Positions 19,604 to 29,484 of a stretch of 64,000 bases of DNA are shown piece by piece (within the stretch, counting starts at the first letter, position 1; every line of letters begins with the position of its first letter). The DNA is from an uncultured Erysipelotrichaceae bacterium (lineage in GTDB: Bacteria; Bacillota_I; Bacilli_A; RF39; UBA660). The DNA is taken from contig CACYLI010000002.1 in the NCBI GenBank assembly GCA_902775285.1, forward strand, positions 168,916 through 232,915. Reading direction: 5' to 3'. A model generated the notes under the pieces. The model was not told the origin of the DNA. It did not search any database and saw nothing but the letters and a program-made list of their open reading frames with translations. Both the position numbers and the translations under genes were made by a program.

Positions 19604-20254
19604 TTAAAGTTTAAATACACTTTTTTTACTAATCCATACTAAGCAAACTACACTAGCTACTATTAATACAGAAATACCAACAACTGGAACAAAGACACCA
19701 GTTTTAGGATTATTAACTGTAGTTGTTGTAGTTGTTGTTTTAGTATTTGTAGTTGATGAACTAGAAGAATTACTTCCACTACTTGTAGAATTTAAACAAC
19801 TATTTCCATTACCAGCTTTATTAAAGCAATCTGCATAAACACTAACTTTTGTAATTTTACTAGAAGATGTATCATAAACACCTGTAATACCATTATTTTC
19901 TATTGTCCAAGTTGATAAGTTTTCCCTAATTTCACTTGTAGTTAAACTTTCTCCTTGAACTTTAGCAATAGCTTTAAGCAAATATAATAACATAGTAGTA
20001 TCATTAGCTCCAGCTGAAGTGCCTGCTTCATATGATAAATAGTTACCATTTTCATTATAATCAGCAGTTAATGTCATACCGCCAGCTGTTATAATTATTT
20101 TACCTGGTGTTGAAGTAGTATCTGTATCTATAGTATAACCAGAATCATTTCCAGCTTGTGTAACATAATCACTCAATGGATGTGCACTAGCATGAACTAC
20201 AGTAGCAAATACAAATACCAATACAAATAAACTTACTAATTTAAATTTTTTCAT
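19604..20254 (-). CDS. Cell-wall-sorted surface protein with an NPKTG sorting signal
   Basis: Signal peptide (ATVVHASA). Ser/Thr-rich stalk. C-terminal NPKTG followed by a hydrophobic helix and a KK tail. Confidence 0.75.
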   Translation of the reverse strand: MKKFKLVSLFVLVFVFATVVHASAHPLSDYVTQAGNDSGYTIDTDTTSTPGKIIITAGGMTLTADYNENGNYLSYEAGTSAGANDTTMLLYLLKAIAKVQGESLTTSEIRENLSTWTIENNGITGVYDTSSSKITKVSVYADCFNKAGNGNSCLNSTSSGSNSSSSSTTNTKTTTTTTTVNNPKTGVFVPVVGISVLIVASVVCLVWISKKSVFKL

Positions 20255-20394
20255 TATTATCTCCTTTCATATACTCCTAATTTAAGAATAAACTATTTAA
20301 TATAAAAAGTCTATTATTTTTTATTTATTTAACGTAAATTTCTCTTTTAATAAAACACTATTTATGATAAAATATTCACTTCTGGAGGAAAGAA

Positions 20395-20895
20395 ATGAAT
20401 AGAAGAAAAAAAGCTTTTTTATTACTTTGTACTTATATTATTATTTTATTTTCACCTAAAAAAGATAATAAACCATCATATTTATTAAACAATAAGTATG
20501 AATATCGTTCTACTACTCCATATGGAAGCTATAGTAATGGAAATGTTTATATAGTTAAAAAGAATAAAATCAAAAAAATATATACTAATGATTCAAATGA
20601 TGTATATATTATAGATGATAGAAAAACAAATGATCCAGATATGCAAATATACTATTCATATAATATAGATACTTTAAAAGAAATGAAAGAAGTAATTATG
20701 TTAATTTTAGAATATGAAAAAAACTATCCATCTAACTGGGATAGAACATATGAATCCATGTTAAATGAATGGTATATACATAATTTGTTTTATAAACTAG
20801 GACTAATACAGGAAAGAAGTGAGTCTGTCGATTTTAATAATGATGATGAAACAAAATTCAATAATAAAATACTTTCTTTAATACTTAACAAATAA
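20395..20895 (+). CDS. Hypothetical protein with an N-terminal hydrophobic segment
   Basis: 166-aa ORF with a GGAGG ribosome-binding site and an extended -10-like TGATAAAAT upstream. No recognised motif. Confidence 0.6.
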   Translation: MNRRKKAFLLLCTYIIILFSPKKDNKPSYLLNNKYEYRSTTPYGSYSNGNVYIVKKNKIKKIYTNDSNDVYIIDDRKTNDPDMQIYYSYNIDTLKEMKEVIMLILEYEKNYPSNWDRTYESMLNEWYIHNLFYKLGLIQERSESVDFNNDDETKFNNKILSLILNK

Positions 20896-20902
20896 AAAAG
20901 AG

Positions 20903-21523
20903 CTAATTTAAACTATCAGCTCCTAATGTTTGTAAAGTATTTTTTAATTTAATTAATCTTATTAGTTTTATAATATCATATGCTATTATTGCAAAAGCAG
21001 GTATTAATATAGCAACTAACCAACCTGTTTTAGAAGCTAAAAAGAATTGTAATTTCCCTAATTGAGGAATCTTAAATATTACCTTTCCAAGTACATTATT
21101 AGGATATACTTTTTCATCATCTGCTTTTTCATTAGCATCACCTTTTACTCTATACATTTTTCCTACATCAGGTACATCCAAGACTTCAACTATCCTATGA
21201 GTTATTGGAGTAGTACCAAAGTAAGAATTTGTAGAATAAAAAGTGATTATATCATTTACTTTTAAATCTTTTTCACTTGTTTTTTTAATAAATACAACAT
21301 CATATACTTTTATATTTGGTGTCATACTTGGACTAATAATTGTATACAAACCAAATGGAGGATTTTCATTTCTTTTTTCAGCTATTTTTCCACAAGCAAC
21401 ATAGAAAATGAAAAAAGCAGCTATAATCATTAATATAACTATCAAAGTATAACTCAAAACTTTACCTGACATTTTAATAAATTTTTTTCTTTTTATTACT
21501 TTATCTTCTTCCATACTTTTCAC
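20903..21523 (-). CDS. sipW: Signal peptidase I, SipW (ER/archaeal) type
   Basis: SPSMTPNI (catalytic Ser), ITHRIV (His) and KGDANEKADD motifs. N- and C-terminal TM helices. Confidence 0.8.
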   Translation of the reverse strand: MKSMEEDKVIKRKKFIKMSGKVLSYTLIVILMIIAAFFIFYVACGKIAEKRNENPPFGLYTIISPSMTPNIKVYDVVFIKKTSEKDLKVNDIITFYSTNSYFGTTPITHRIVEVLDVPDVGKMYRVKGDANEKADDEKVYPNNVLGKVIFKIPQLGKLQFFLASKTGWLVAILIPAFAIIAYDIIKLIRLIKLKNTLQTLGADSLN

Positions 21524-22066
21524 CTATTTATCTTCTTCTACTCTTACTCTAGCAGAAAATAAAGTATTGTTATACTTTTTATTATTTTTATTTAATTTAA
21601 AATTTATTACATAATTATGAGTTGTATTTGGAGTAATAACTCCTCCATTTAATTCTTTACTAACTACAGGTATTACTGTATCAGATGAATTTATTAAAGA
21701 ATTTGTTGTATCTTTATTATCACAAGTACTCTCAACAGAATATACAAAAAATTCATCTACCATATTTGATAAAGGTGTAATTATTTCAAGAACTATTTTA
21801 TATTTTCCAATCGTATCACTACTATAATTTGTAACAGAAAATTCTAATTTATCATTCCAACCAGGTTTAATATTATTAATATTAACTTGTTCTTTCCCAT
21901 TAAAAGTCAAAGCCATTAAAACAGAATTATGAATAATATTCTTATTCTTTTCTTTATTTGTTTTTACATAATAAGATAGAAAAGTGCCCATAAACATTAT
22001 AAAAACACAAATTAGAACAACTAAATAAACATATAAATCTAATTTTCTAGAATTGTTTTTTTTCAT
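21524..22066 (-). CDS. Divergent TasA/camelysin-like secreted protein (candidate minor subunit)
   Basis: N-terminal TM ending in GTFLSYY. The beta-rich body contains IKPGWNDKLEFSVTNYS, which parallels the PGxxxxxFxVxN motif of the neighbouring ORF. Directly abuts sipW. Confidence 0.45.
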   Translation of the reverse strand: MKKNNSRKLDLYVYLVVLICVFIMFMGTFLSYYVKTNKEKNKNIIHNSVLMALTFNGKEQVNINNIKPGWNDKLEFSVTNYSSDTIGKYKIVLEIITPLSNMVDEFFVYSVESTCDNKDTTNSLINSSDTVIPVVSKELNGGVITPNTTHNYVINFKLNKNNKKYNNTLFSARVRVEEDK

Positions 22067-22131
22067 TTATTACACTCCTCATTATATTTTAATATTAACA
22101 AATTTATATAATAATAACAATAAAACAAATT

Positions 22132-22155
22132 AAAAAAGTGAAATTAATTCACTTT
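22132..22155 (-). terminator. Intrinsic terminator or attenuator between the two TasA-like genes
   Basis: Stem aaagtgaa pairs with ttcacttt. A T-run follows on the minus strand. Confidence 0.6.
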
Positions 22156-22167
22156 ATTTTACACTAT

Positions 22168-22740
22168 TTATTTTCCAATTTTATCTTCAGTTAACACAAC
22201 TGATAAATAACCTGAAAACACTTTTCCTTGAGCCTCATTTTGATTAGCATCTATATTATTAAGTCCAATTGTATATTCATAACTATGAACTTCATATCCT
22301 TCGATTACCCCACTTCCAATAATCATGCTTTTTTCTGGAACAGGAGTTTTATCTAATACTGCAAGAGTTCCTCCATTTGTATTACCAGATGATTTCAAAG
22401 AATGGACAAATTCATTTTTAGAAGCACTAGTTAAAGTATTTTCTTTAACATTCAACATAATATTGTATGATATCTTACCAGTAGCACTTGGATCAGTTTG
22501 ACTAACAGTAAATGTTTTAGTAGTAAATGTTCCAGGCATAATAGCACCTAAATCAATTACAGTACCATCAGTAAAACTAACTTGACCTAGATTATTAGAT
22601 GTAATAACAATATCAGAAGCATTTTCATTTCCAGTAACAGTTATACTAAACCAAGCAAATGTTGCTCCTATAATAGCTACTAATAGTGTGGCAATACCAA
22701 TTATAGATAGTAATATTGTTTGAGTTTTACCATCATCCAT
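22168..22740 (-). CDS. TasA/CalY (camelysin)-like protein with a SipW-cognate signal peptide (candidate major fibre subunit)
   Basis: N-terminus LLVAIIGATFAWFS matches the GxTxAxF SipW-dependent signal pattern. The beta-rich body contains IMPGTFTTKTFTVSQ. Confidence 0.65.
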   Translation of the reverse strand: MDDGKTQTILLSIIGIATLLVAIIGATFAWFSITVTGNENASDIVITSNNLGQVSFTDGTVIDLGAIMPGTFTTKTFTVSQTDPSATGKISYNIMLNVKENTLTSASKNEFVHSLKSSGNTNGGTLAVLDKTPVPEKSMIIGSGVIEGYEVHSYEYTIGLNNIDANQNEAQGKVFSGYLSVVLTEDKIGK

Positions 22741-22802
22741 AACTACCCTCCTATCATACTAAATTAATAATAACTGATTTTCTAAAAAAATTCAAGTATA
22801 TA

Positions 22803-23999
22803 TTATTTAACTAAAGTAATAACAGGCTTAACATCTATTTTATTTGTTAAATCTTCTAAAATATATATTTCATTACTATATTGAATAGAAGAACCTTTAT
22901 CTATTTCATATGAATTAATAACCCAATAATATCCACTAATACTTTTTTTATCATTTAATTTACTATATAAAAGATTAAATTCATCATATGAAATTATTTT
23001 AATCTTACTTTTTGTATATTTATTACAACTCCAATTATTATAAATGATTTCTTCTTTTAATATTCCATTACAAGACTCATTATCACAACTATAATTGTTT
23101 GTTTCATCACATATTTCATATGTTAATAATTTATCCTTAGTAGTATCAGATAATTTGTTTATAAATACAGTATTTAAATACTTATTTATATATGAATTAC
23201 TCCATCTGTATGTATTATTTTTTTCTTTTGTATAAAAACAGTATTCATTATTTTCACTATCTAAACAATGAGATAATTTTTCATCAATTGGTAGTTTCTT
23301 CATAAGCTTTATGCTTTTATTATCATCTAAAATAACTATCCAAGTATAATTATCTAATTCTATTTCAGAACCACTACAATAAAAAATTTTATTATTATAT
23401 TTAGTATTAGTAGTAAATAAACAATCAACTTTAAAATTAATAACATCACTTATATTTCCATCTTTATCCTTAAACCAAATATAATTTATTCCTTCAGTAA
23501 AACTTCTTAATACTATATTATCTTTATAATCATCTTTTATCCATTCACCTTTAAAATCATCTTTTTTAGATATTTTATATTCCAAAGGATATGTTTTAGA
23601 TTCAAAAGAAATAATAGAATTATTCTTATTATATTTAACATCTATTTTTTTAAACTCTGAACACTTATCTTTATCTATTTTTATATTACCCATAGATGTT
23701 TTACTTATACACTTATCTTTATAATTAATTAAAAACTTAATATTACCATATGAATCTATATTTATTATTCCATTTCCATTAATATATTTCTTATTATTAA
23801 TCTTTTTATTATTAAGTAATAAAACTCCATCTTTAATCTCATAATCTCCATTTTCTAATTTATATAAATCACTTAGTAAGTTTTTACTATCATTTAGTAA
23901 TAGAATTTTTTTATGATAATTATAAAAATAAATATAAATAATAATCATAACAATAATAAATAAAATAAAAACAATTGTATACTTCTTAATTTCTTTCAT
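22803..23999 (-). CDS. Single-pass membrane protein with a Cys-rich extracellular domain (C-terminal DUF6273-like pattern)
   Basis: N-terminal TM (IVFILFIIVMIIIYIYFY). Many Cys residues. The C-terminus YINKYLN ... IISYDEFNLLY ... YYWVINSY ... VKPVITL resembles the 461-aa ORF at 61674..63059. Confidence 0.6.
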   Translation of the reverse strand: MKEIKKYTIVFILFIIVMIIIYIYFYNYHKKILLLNDSKNLLSDLYKLENGDYEIKDGVLLLNNKKINNKKYINGNGIINIDSYGNIKFLINYKDKCISKTSMGNIKIDKDKCSEFKKIDVKYNKNNSIISFESKTYPLEYKISKKDDFKGEWIKDDYKDNIVLRSFTEGINYIWFKDKDGNISDVINFKVDCLFTTNTKYNNKIFYCSGSEIELDNYTWIVILDDNKSIKLMKKLPIDEKLSHCLDSENNEYCFYTKEKNNTYRWSNSYINKYLNTVFINKLSDTTKDKLLTYEICDETNNYSCDNESCNGILKEEIIYNNWSCNKYTKSKIKIISYDEFNLLYSKLNDKKSISGYYWVINSYEIDKGSSIQYSNEIYILEDLTNKIDVKPVITLVK

Positions 24000-24035
24000 A
24001 AAAGTTATTATAAAATAATTATAAATTAATGTAAA

Positions 24036-24062
24036 TAAAAAAACTAAGTAATTACTTAGTTT
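24036..24062 (-). terminator. Intrinsic terminator of metG
   Basis: Stem aaactaagta pairs with tacttagttt and overlaps the stop codon. A T-run follows on the minus strand. Confidence 0.7.
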
Positions 24063-25584
24063 CTATTCTATTAAATAATATTTCAGATTCATTTAAAGTA
24101 ATACCTTCTTCTAAAGTACCAAAATCTAAATCTGTAAATTCAATTTTCTTTGTATTTAACATATTAAATATTCTTTCAGTAGTACCTGGAATAAATGCTC
24201 TTAAAAGAATAGTACTAATTCTAATACTTTCAAGTAAATTATATAATACAGTTTTTAATCTATCAGTTTTACTTTCATCTTTAGCAAGAACCCATGGTGT
24301 AGTATCATCAATATATTTATTACTTCTTTTTAATAATTCAAATATATCTTCTAATGCTTCATTAACTTTTAATGAATTAACTTTATTATCTACTAAACTT
24401 GGTAACATTTTAGCATAGCTAATTAAATTATCATCTATACTTTCATAAACTTTTGGATTTTCTACAACTGAAGAAAAATACTTTTTACTCATAGCTAGTG
24501 TTCTATTAACAAGGTTACCTAAAGTATTTACAAGATCTGCATTTGTTCTTGCTATTAAAAGATCTTCACTGAAATTACCGTCATTTCCAAAAGGAACTTC
24601 TCTTAATGCATAATATCTTACAGCATCAACTCCATATGAGTTAATGTAATCTCTTGGATCTTTATAATTACCAAGTGACTTAGATATTTTTCCTCCATCA
24701 ACTATTAACCATCCATGACCAAATACTTGCTTTGGAAGATCTATACCTAAACTCATTAACATACATGGCCAAATAATAGTATGAAATCTAACTATTTCCT
24801 TTCCAACTAAATGAATATCAGCTGGCCAATATTTTTTAAATTTATCGTCTAGATTATCAGGATATCCTAGTGAAGTAATATAGTTAGACAATGCATCTAT
24901 CCAAACATATATAACATGTTTTTCATCAAAAGTTACAGGTATTCCCCATTTAAAACTAGTACGAGAAACACATAAATCTTCAAGCCCTGGTTTTATAAAA
25001 TTATTAAGCATTTCATTTTTTCTTGATTCTGGTTGTATAAATTTAGGATTATCTTCATAAAACTTAACTAATTTATCTTGGTATTTTGATAATTTAAAGA
25101 AATATGCTTCTTCACTTACTTCATGAACATCTCTATGACAATCTGGACATTTACCATTTTCATCTAATTGACTTTCAGTCCAGAATGATTCACATGGTGT
25201 ACAATAAAGACCTTTATATTCTCCTTTATAAATATCACCCTTGTCATACATCATTTTAAATATTTTTTGAACACGTGCACAATGATCTTCATCAGTAGTT
25301 CTAATAAAATAATCATATGAAATACCAAGTTTATTCCATAAATCTTTTGCATTTTCTATTATTGGATCAACATATTCTTTAGGTGTTAATCCTTTTTCAG
25401 TTGCTATTTTTTCTATCTTTTGACCATGTTCATCAGTACCAGTTTGAAAAAACACATCATATCCACTTAACCTTTTATATCTAGCTAATGCATCAGCAAT
25501 TATAGTTGTATAACAGTGCCCAATATGAAATTCTGCACTTGGATAATAAATAGGTGTAGTTATATAAAACTTTTTATTTTCCAT
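24052..25584 (-). CDS. metG: Methionine--tRNA ligase (short form without the C-terminal tRNA-binding domain)
   Basis: HIGH (FHIGHCY), KISKS, and a CTPC...CPDC zinc knuckle. I place the start at the internal MENKKFY, which has an AAGGAGG ribosome-binding site. The listed ORF start at 25614 lies inside the T-box terminator. Confidence 0.95.
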   Translation of the reverse strand: MENKKFYITTPIYYPSAEFHIGHCYTTIIADALARYKRLSGYDVFFQTGTDEHGQKIEKIATEKGLTPKEYVDPIIENAKDLWNKLGISYDYFIRTTDEDHCARVQKIFKMMYDKGDIYKGEYKGLYCTPCESFWTESQLDENGKCPDCHRDVHEVSEEAYFFKLSKYQDKLVKFYEDNPKFIQPESRKNEMLNNFIKPGLEDLCVSRTSFKWGIPVTFDEKHVIYVWIDALSNYITSLGYPDNLDDKFKKYWPADIHLVGKEIVRFHTIIWPCMLMSLGIDLPKQVFGHGWLIVDGGKISKSLGNYKDPRDYINSYGVDAVRYYALREVPFGNDGNFSEDLLIARTNADLVNTLGNLVNRTLAMSKKYFSSVVENPKVYESIDDNLISYAKMLPSLVDNKVNSLKVNEALEDIFELLKRSNKYIDDTTPWVLAKDESKTDRLKTVLYNLLESIRISTILLRAFIPGTTERIFNMLNTKKIEFTDLDFGTLEEGITLNESEILFNRIETK

Positions 25585-25591
25585 AAAAATC

Positions 25592-25795
25592 CTCCTTAAA
25601 AATAAAAAAGTCATAAACTAAAGGACGAAATATTCCGTGGTACCACCTTAATTCATGACTTATCATGCTCTTAAATTCTTAACGCGAAATAACGATTTAA
25701 CTCCAGAACCATTTTTGAAACACTCCTTATTAGTTTTCACCATCCACTAACTCTCTATAAATTTGTTATTTCTCTCTTTCCTTCACAGTTAACGA
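25592..25795 (-). promoter_or_regulatory. T-box leader (Met specifier) controlling metG
   Basis: The minus-strand RNA contains AGAGAG-type stem I elements. A candidate AUG specifier sits at 25710-25712. The T-box core AAGGUGGUACCACGG lies at 25635-25650. A terminator stem and U-run precede the ribosome-binding site. Confidence 0.8.
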
Positions 25796-25849
25796 TGTAA
25801 ATTCTACCATAAATACTAGAAAAAATCTATATATTTTATGCAAATAAAA

Positions 25850-25874
25850 TAAAAAAGATGATTAAAAATCATCT
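25850..25874 (-). terminator. Intrinsic terminator after htrA
   Basis: Stem agatgatt pairs with aatcatct. A T-run follows on the minus strand. Confidence 0.65.
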
Positions 25875-27042
25875 AATTCATACTATTATTAGTACCTAGA
25901 GTTAATGTAAATGTTTGTTCTTTTCCATTTCTTTCTACAGTTATTTTTACTTTATCTCCAACATTATACTTATATAATTCATATTTAAAGTATGCACTAC
26001 TTGAAATAGTTTTATCATTTACCTTAAGTATTTTATCTCCTTTTTGAAGTCCTGCTTTATATGCAGCACCACCTTCTTCAACATACTCAATATAAACTGC
26101 AGTTTTAGTAAATAGATTTCCAGCGTCATAAATACTAACTCCAATGTAAGGTCTTACTATTTTTTCACCCTTAATTATACTTTCTGCTATTTTAGTAGCA
26201 TCTTCAATAGGAATAGCAAATCCCATACCTTCTACATTACTACTAGCTAGTTTCATATTAGTTACACCTATTACTTCTCCATTAGAATTGCATAAAGGTC
26301 CACCACTATTACCTGAGTTAATAGCTGTATCTGTTTGTAATACTTGCATTACACTACTATTATCAACTTCTACTACTCTATTTTTACCACTTAATATTCC
26401 TCTTGTTACACTCCATGAAAACATTGTTGAATCTACTGGAGCTCCGACAGCAAAAGTCGTATCTCCTACTCTCATACTCTCACTTTTACCAATACTTGCT
26501 ACTGAAATAATATCATCTTTATTAACTGATAAAACAGCTATATCTGAGTATTCATCACTTCCTACTATAGTTGTTTCAACTTCCTTATCATTTGAGAATA
26601 TTACATTAACTTCAGAAGAATTAGCAATTACATGATTATTTGTAATAATATATGCATATTTTCCATCTGTTTTATAAACAAATCCAGTACCAGAAGCATA
26701 CTCTTTTCCTCTAGTATATGTTTTAACTACCACAACAGAATCATACACTTTTTCAACAGCATCTGCTATACCAGACTCAGTAATTGTGACATCCTTTTCT
26801 AATCTTGTAGTTTCAACAACTAAATTCTTTAAATAATATTCATAAAATAAAGCAAATATTAATAAACAAACTATAAAAGTAATAACAGCAGAAATAATTC
26901 CAACATTACGTGAATTATTATTTTTACTTTTTGTTACTTCTTCTTTAATAGGTTCTTTTTTCTTTATTTCTTTTGTTTCATCTTCTTTCTTTACTTCTTT
27001 TGTTTCACTTACATCAACATCTATGACTTTTTTTCTAGCCAT
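25873..27042 (-). CDS. htrA: HtrA/DegP-family serine protease with a PDZ domain
   Basis: TM anchor. Catalytic triad context NNHV, DIAVL, GNSGGPL. C-terminal PDZ (GLQKGDKILKVN). Confidence 0.9.
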   Translation of the reverse strand: MARKKVIDVDVSETKEVKKEDETKEIKKKEPIKEEVTKSKNNNSRNVGIISAVITFIVCLLIFALFYEYYLKNLVVETTRLEKDVTITESGIADAVEKVYDSVVVVKTYTRGKEYASGTGFVYKTDGKYAYIITNNHVIANSSEVNVIFSNDKEVETTIVGSDEYSDIAVLSVNKDDIISVASIGKSESMRVGDTTFAVGAPVDSTMFSWSVTRGILSGKNRVVEVDNSSVMQVLQTDTAINSGNSGGPLCNSNGEVIGVTNMKLASSNVEGMGFAIPIEDATKIAESIIKGEKIVRPYIGVSIYDAGNLFTKTAVYIEYVEEGGAAYKAGLQKGDKILKVNDKTISSSAYFKYELYKYNVGDKVKITVERNGKEQTFTLTLGTNNSMN

Positions 27043-27108
27043 CTCTAACTCACCTCGATTATAATTATATCTCTATTTTATTAAAATAATATTAAAAAAT
27101 TTTAAAAA

Positions 27109-28443
27109 TTAAAAATCTTTACTCAATAATTTGTAAAATAAAGTTCTAAGTCCAAAATCATAATATTCAGTTTTAAAATAACTAGGATCTTTTGTCCATG
27201 TTTTCATAGTTTCCATAGTTATAACAGGATACTTATAAACAAAAGATGGATTATTATCTTTATACTTAGAAGAAGATAATCTACCTGTTTTAGTACTAAA
27301 CTTAAATCCATTAGCAAGTTCAGCCATAAAATCAGTAGCTGATCCATCATTTCCTTCTCCTACTTCTTCCGAAGATAGACCATGAACTTTATAACCATTT
27401 ATTTTAGATACCTTATTAGCAAAAGAAACAGTTAAATCATTAAATGAAGAAGATAAATTTGGTTTACCTGCATATATAACTCTTCCTTGACTATGTAAAT
27501 TAATATATGCATATGTATTTTTATAATGTTTTAACATAAAATACATACTTGCTTTAGTTTCTGGTTCACTAGCAGAAGAATACCCATTAAAATATTTACC
27601 ACTTTTAGTAGTTTTCTCAATAGAAGTATTTGATATTAAATTATAACCCTTATAATATAATCCTTCATTTTGAGTTGGAAAATTTCTATTTAAATCAACT
27701 CCATTAGCATTACTTTTAATATTATCAAGATTTAATAAAGAAGAATTTTGATAAACCCATAAATTCTTATTATTTAATGATTCAATACCATAATTATATA
27801 TTTCATATCCATCAGGATTTATACATGGAATAGAAGCTATTTTAACGCCATTTAAGAGACTTTTAATATTAGATGTATCATTCTCATAATCATTTACAAT
27901 TTCAGTTAAAAAACGTGTCAAAATAAGCGTAGTGGCCACCTCTGCTGCATGAATATTCGCATCAATAAATAAAACATCTTTTCCTTTACCTATTTCTATT
28001 CCATATATATCTCTTCCATCAACACTTTTACCAATAACATATAAATTAACAATATCACTATTATTAAGGCTTTTATATAAATCACTTAACTCAGAATAAT
28101 GCATCATCCTCTCAAAGTCATAATTAACAAAAGAATACTTATTATTACTCTCAATTAATGTAGGTTTATAATCTAAAATACTTTTATATTCTTTCTCACT
28201 TAAACCCTCCATAAATATAGTATCTATAACATCACTATCACTTTCACTAGTACTAACAATATCATAAGATAAATCATTACTATTATTATTTTGTGGTGTC
28301 TCTATAATTACATTTTTAGGTTTAAATAAACCATTTATAATAGAATATATTAAATAAATAATTAAACAAATTATCAACAAAAAAATAATTCTTCTAATAG
28401 TATACTTAATTCTTGTTTTCCTACTATACCTCTTTTTAGACAT
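27109..28443 (-). CDS. M14-family zinc carboxypeptidase (gamma-D-Glu-DAP peptidase-like), TM-anchored
   Basis: HAAEVATT (HxxE zinc ligands), NPDGYE, DLNRNFP and LHSQG motifs. Confidence 0.8.
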   Translation of the reverse strand: MSKKRYSRKTRIKYTIRRIIFLLIICLIIYLIYSIINGLFKPKNVIIETPQNNNSNDLSYDIVSTSESDSDVIDTIFMEGLSEKEYKSILDYKPTLIESNNKYSFVNYDFERMMHYSELSDLYKSLNNSDIVNLYVIGKSVDGRDIYGIEIGKGKDVLFIDANIHAAEVATTLILTRFLTEIVNDYENDTSNIKSLLNGVKIASIPCINPDGYEIYNYGIESLNNKNLWVYQNSSLLNLDNIKSNANGVDLNRNFPTQNEGLYYKGYNLISNTSIEKTTKSGKYFNGYSSASEPETKASMYFMLKHYKNTYAYINLHSQGRVIYAGKPNLSSSFNDLTVSFANKVSKINGYKVHGLSSEEVGEGNDGSATDFMAELANGFKFSTKTGRLSSSKYKDNNPSFVYKYPVITMETMKTWTKDPSYFKTEYYDFGLRTLFYKLLSKDF

Positions 28444-28511
28444 ATTATCACCATAAAAATTATATCATGTTAAGTATAAACTAGTAAATGACATAAATTG
28501 TATATTAATGT

Positions 28512-28543
28512 AAAAAAAACTTATAAACATATGTCTATAAGTT
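28512..28543 (-). terminator. Intrinsic terminator after the 301-aa membrane protein gene
   Basis: Long palindrome aacttataaacatatgtctataagtt. A T8 run follows on the minus strand. Confidence 0.7.
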
Positions 28544-29447
28544 ATTTTAACTTAGTTCCTCCCCATTCAACTACACTAAATCCATATCTCTTAGGGGTAA
28601 TTAATTCTTGTTCTTTAACTTTTTTATATTTATCTAATGGCTTATATAACATTAATACTCTAATTATAGAATCCGGTTTACCTGATATATATAATGGCAT
28701 ATTTTCATTAATTTCATCTATTGTTGCAAATCTAATATAATTATATTTATTATTTTCTAATTTCGGTAACCAATATATTATAAATTCTTCACTTTCTTTT
28801 TCATTTAAACCAAGAATACTTAACTTTTCTTCTAAAAATTTAATAGTATCTTCTCCACTTACTACAAATCCATCATTCGTAGAAAAATTAACTCTATTAT
28901 TTCCTTCCCAATATAATGAATATAATTCTCTATTAGATTCAATATCTTTTAATGTACCATCTGGATATGCTATTACATTCCAAGCATCCTTGTATTTTGG
29001 ATAAGTATGTGTAAGATTATTTGGATATCCAAGTTTAACAGTTACTTCCATTTTATCTTTAGGATACAAATAAATAATTGGTTTATATGCTACACCACTA
29101 TTTCTACGTTCTTCTACTTCTTCTTTTGTATAATGTACATCATCCCCATCTGGATAAAGCATATATACATCACCATCTATATCATTAACACAATACCAAA
29201 ATGGACGTTCTATAACAGCTTTATAATTTGAACCATAAATCTTACATTTGTTATACATAACCATTCTAATTATTAATGGCAAAGTAACAAAAGGAATAAG
29301 AATTATTCCTAATAAAAAACCTAGTCCTGATACGTAAGAAAAAGATTTATTCTTTTTAATAAAAACAAAAAATAAAATTAAACCAATTGGCGGTAATAAT
29401 AATCCTAGTAAAAATAATAAGAATAGTTTTAAAGTATTTTTTTTCAT
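28542..29447 (-). CDS. Membrane protein of unknown function with a conserved-looking extracellular domain
   Basis: Two or three N-terminal TM helices, then YKPIIYLYP ... YSLYWEG ... FIIYWLPKL. No family I can name. Confidence 0.65.
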   Translation of the reverse strand: MKKNTLKLFLLFLLGLLLPPIGLILFFVFIKKNKSFSYVSGLGFLLGIILIPFVTLPLIIRMVMYNKCKIYGSNYKAVIERPFWYCVNDIDGDVYMLYPDGDDVHYTKEEVEERRNSGVAYKPIIYLYPKDKMEVTVKLGYPNNLTHTYPKYKDAWNVIAYPDGTLKDIESNRELYSLYWEGNNRVNFSTNDGFVVSGEDTIKFLEEKLSILGLNEKESEEFIIYWLPKLENNKYNYIRFATIDEINENMPLYISGKPDSIIRVLMLYKPLDKYKKVKEQELITPKRYGFSVVEWGGTKLK

Positions 29448-29484
29448 ATATACACCTCTATTATAATAATAACATATAAAAAAC

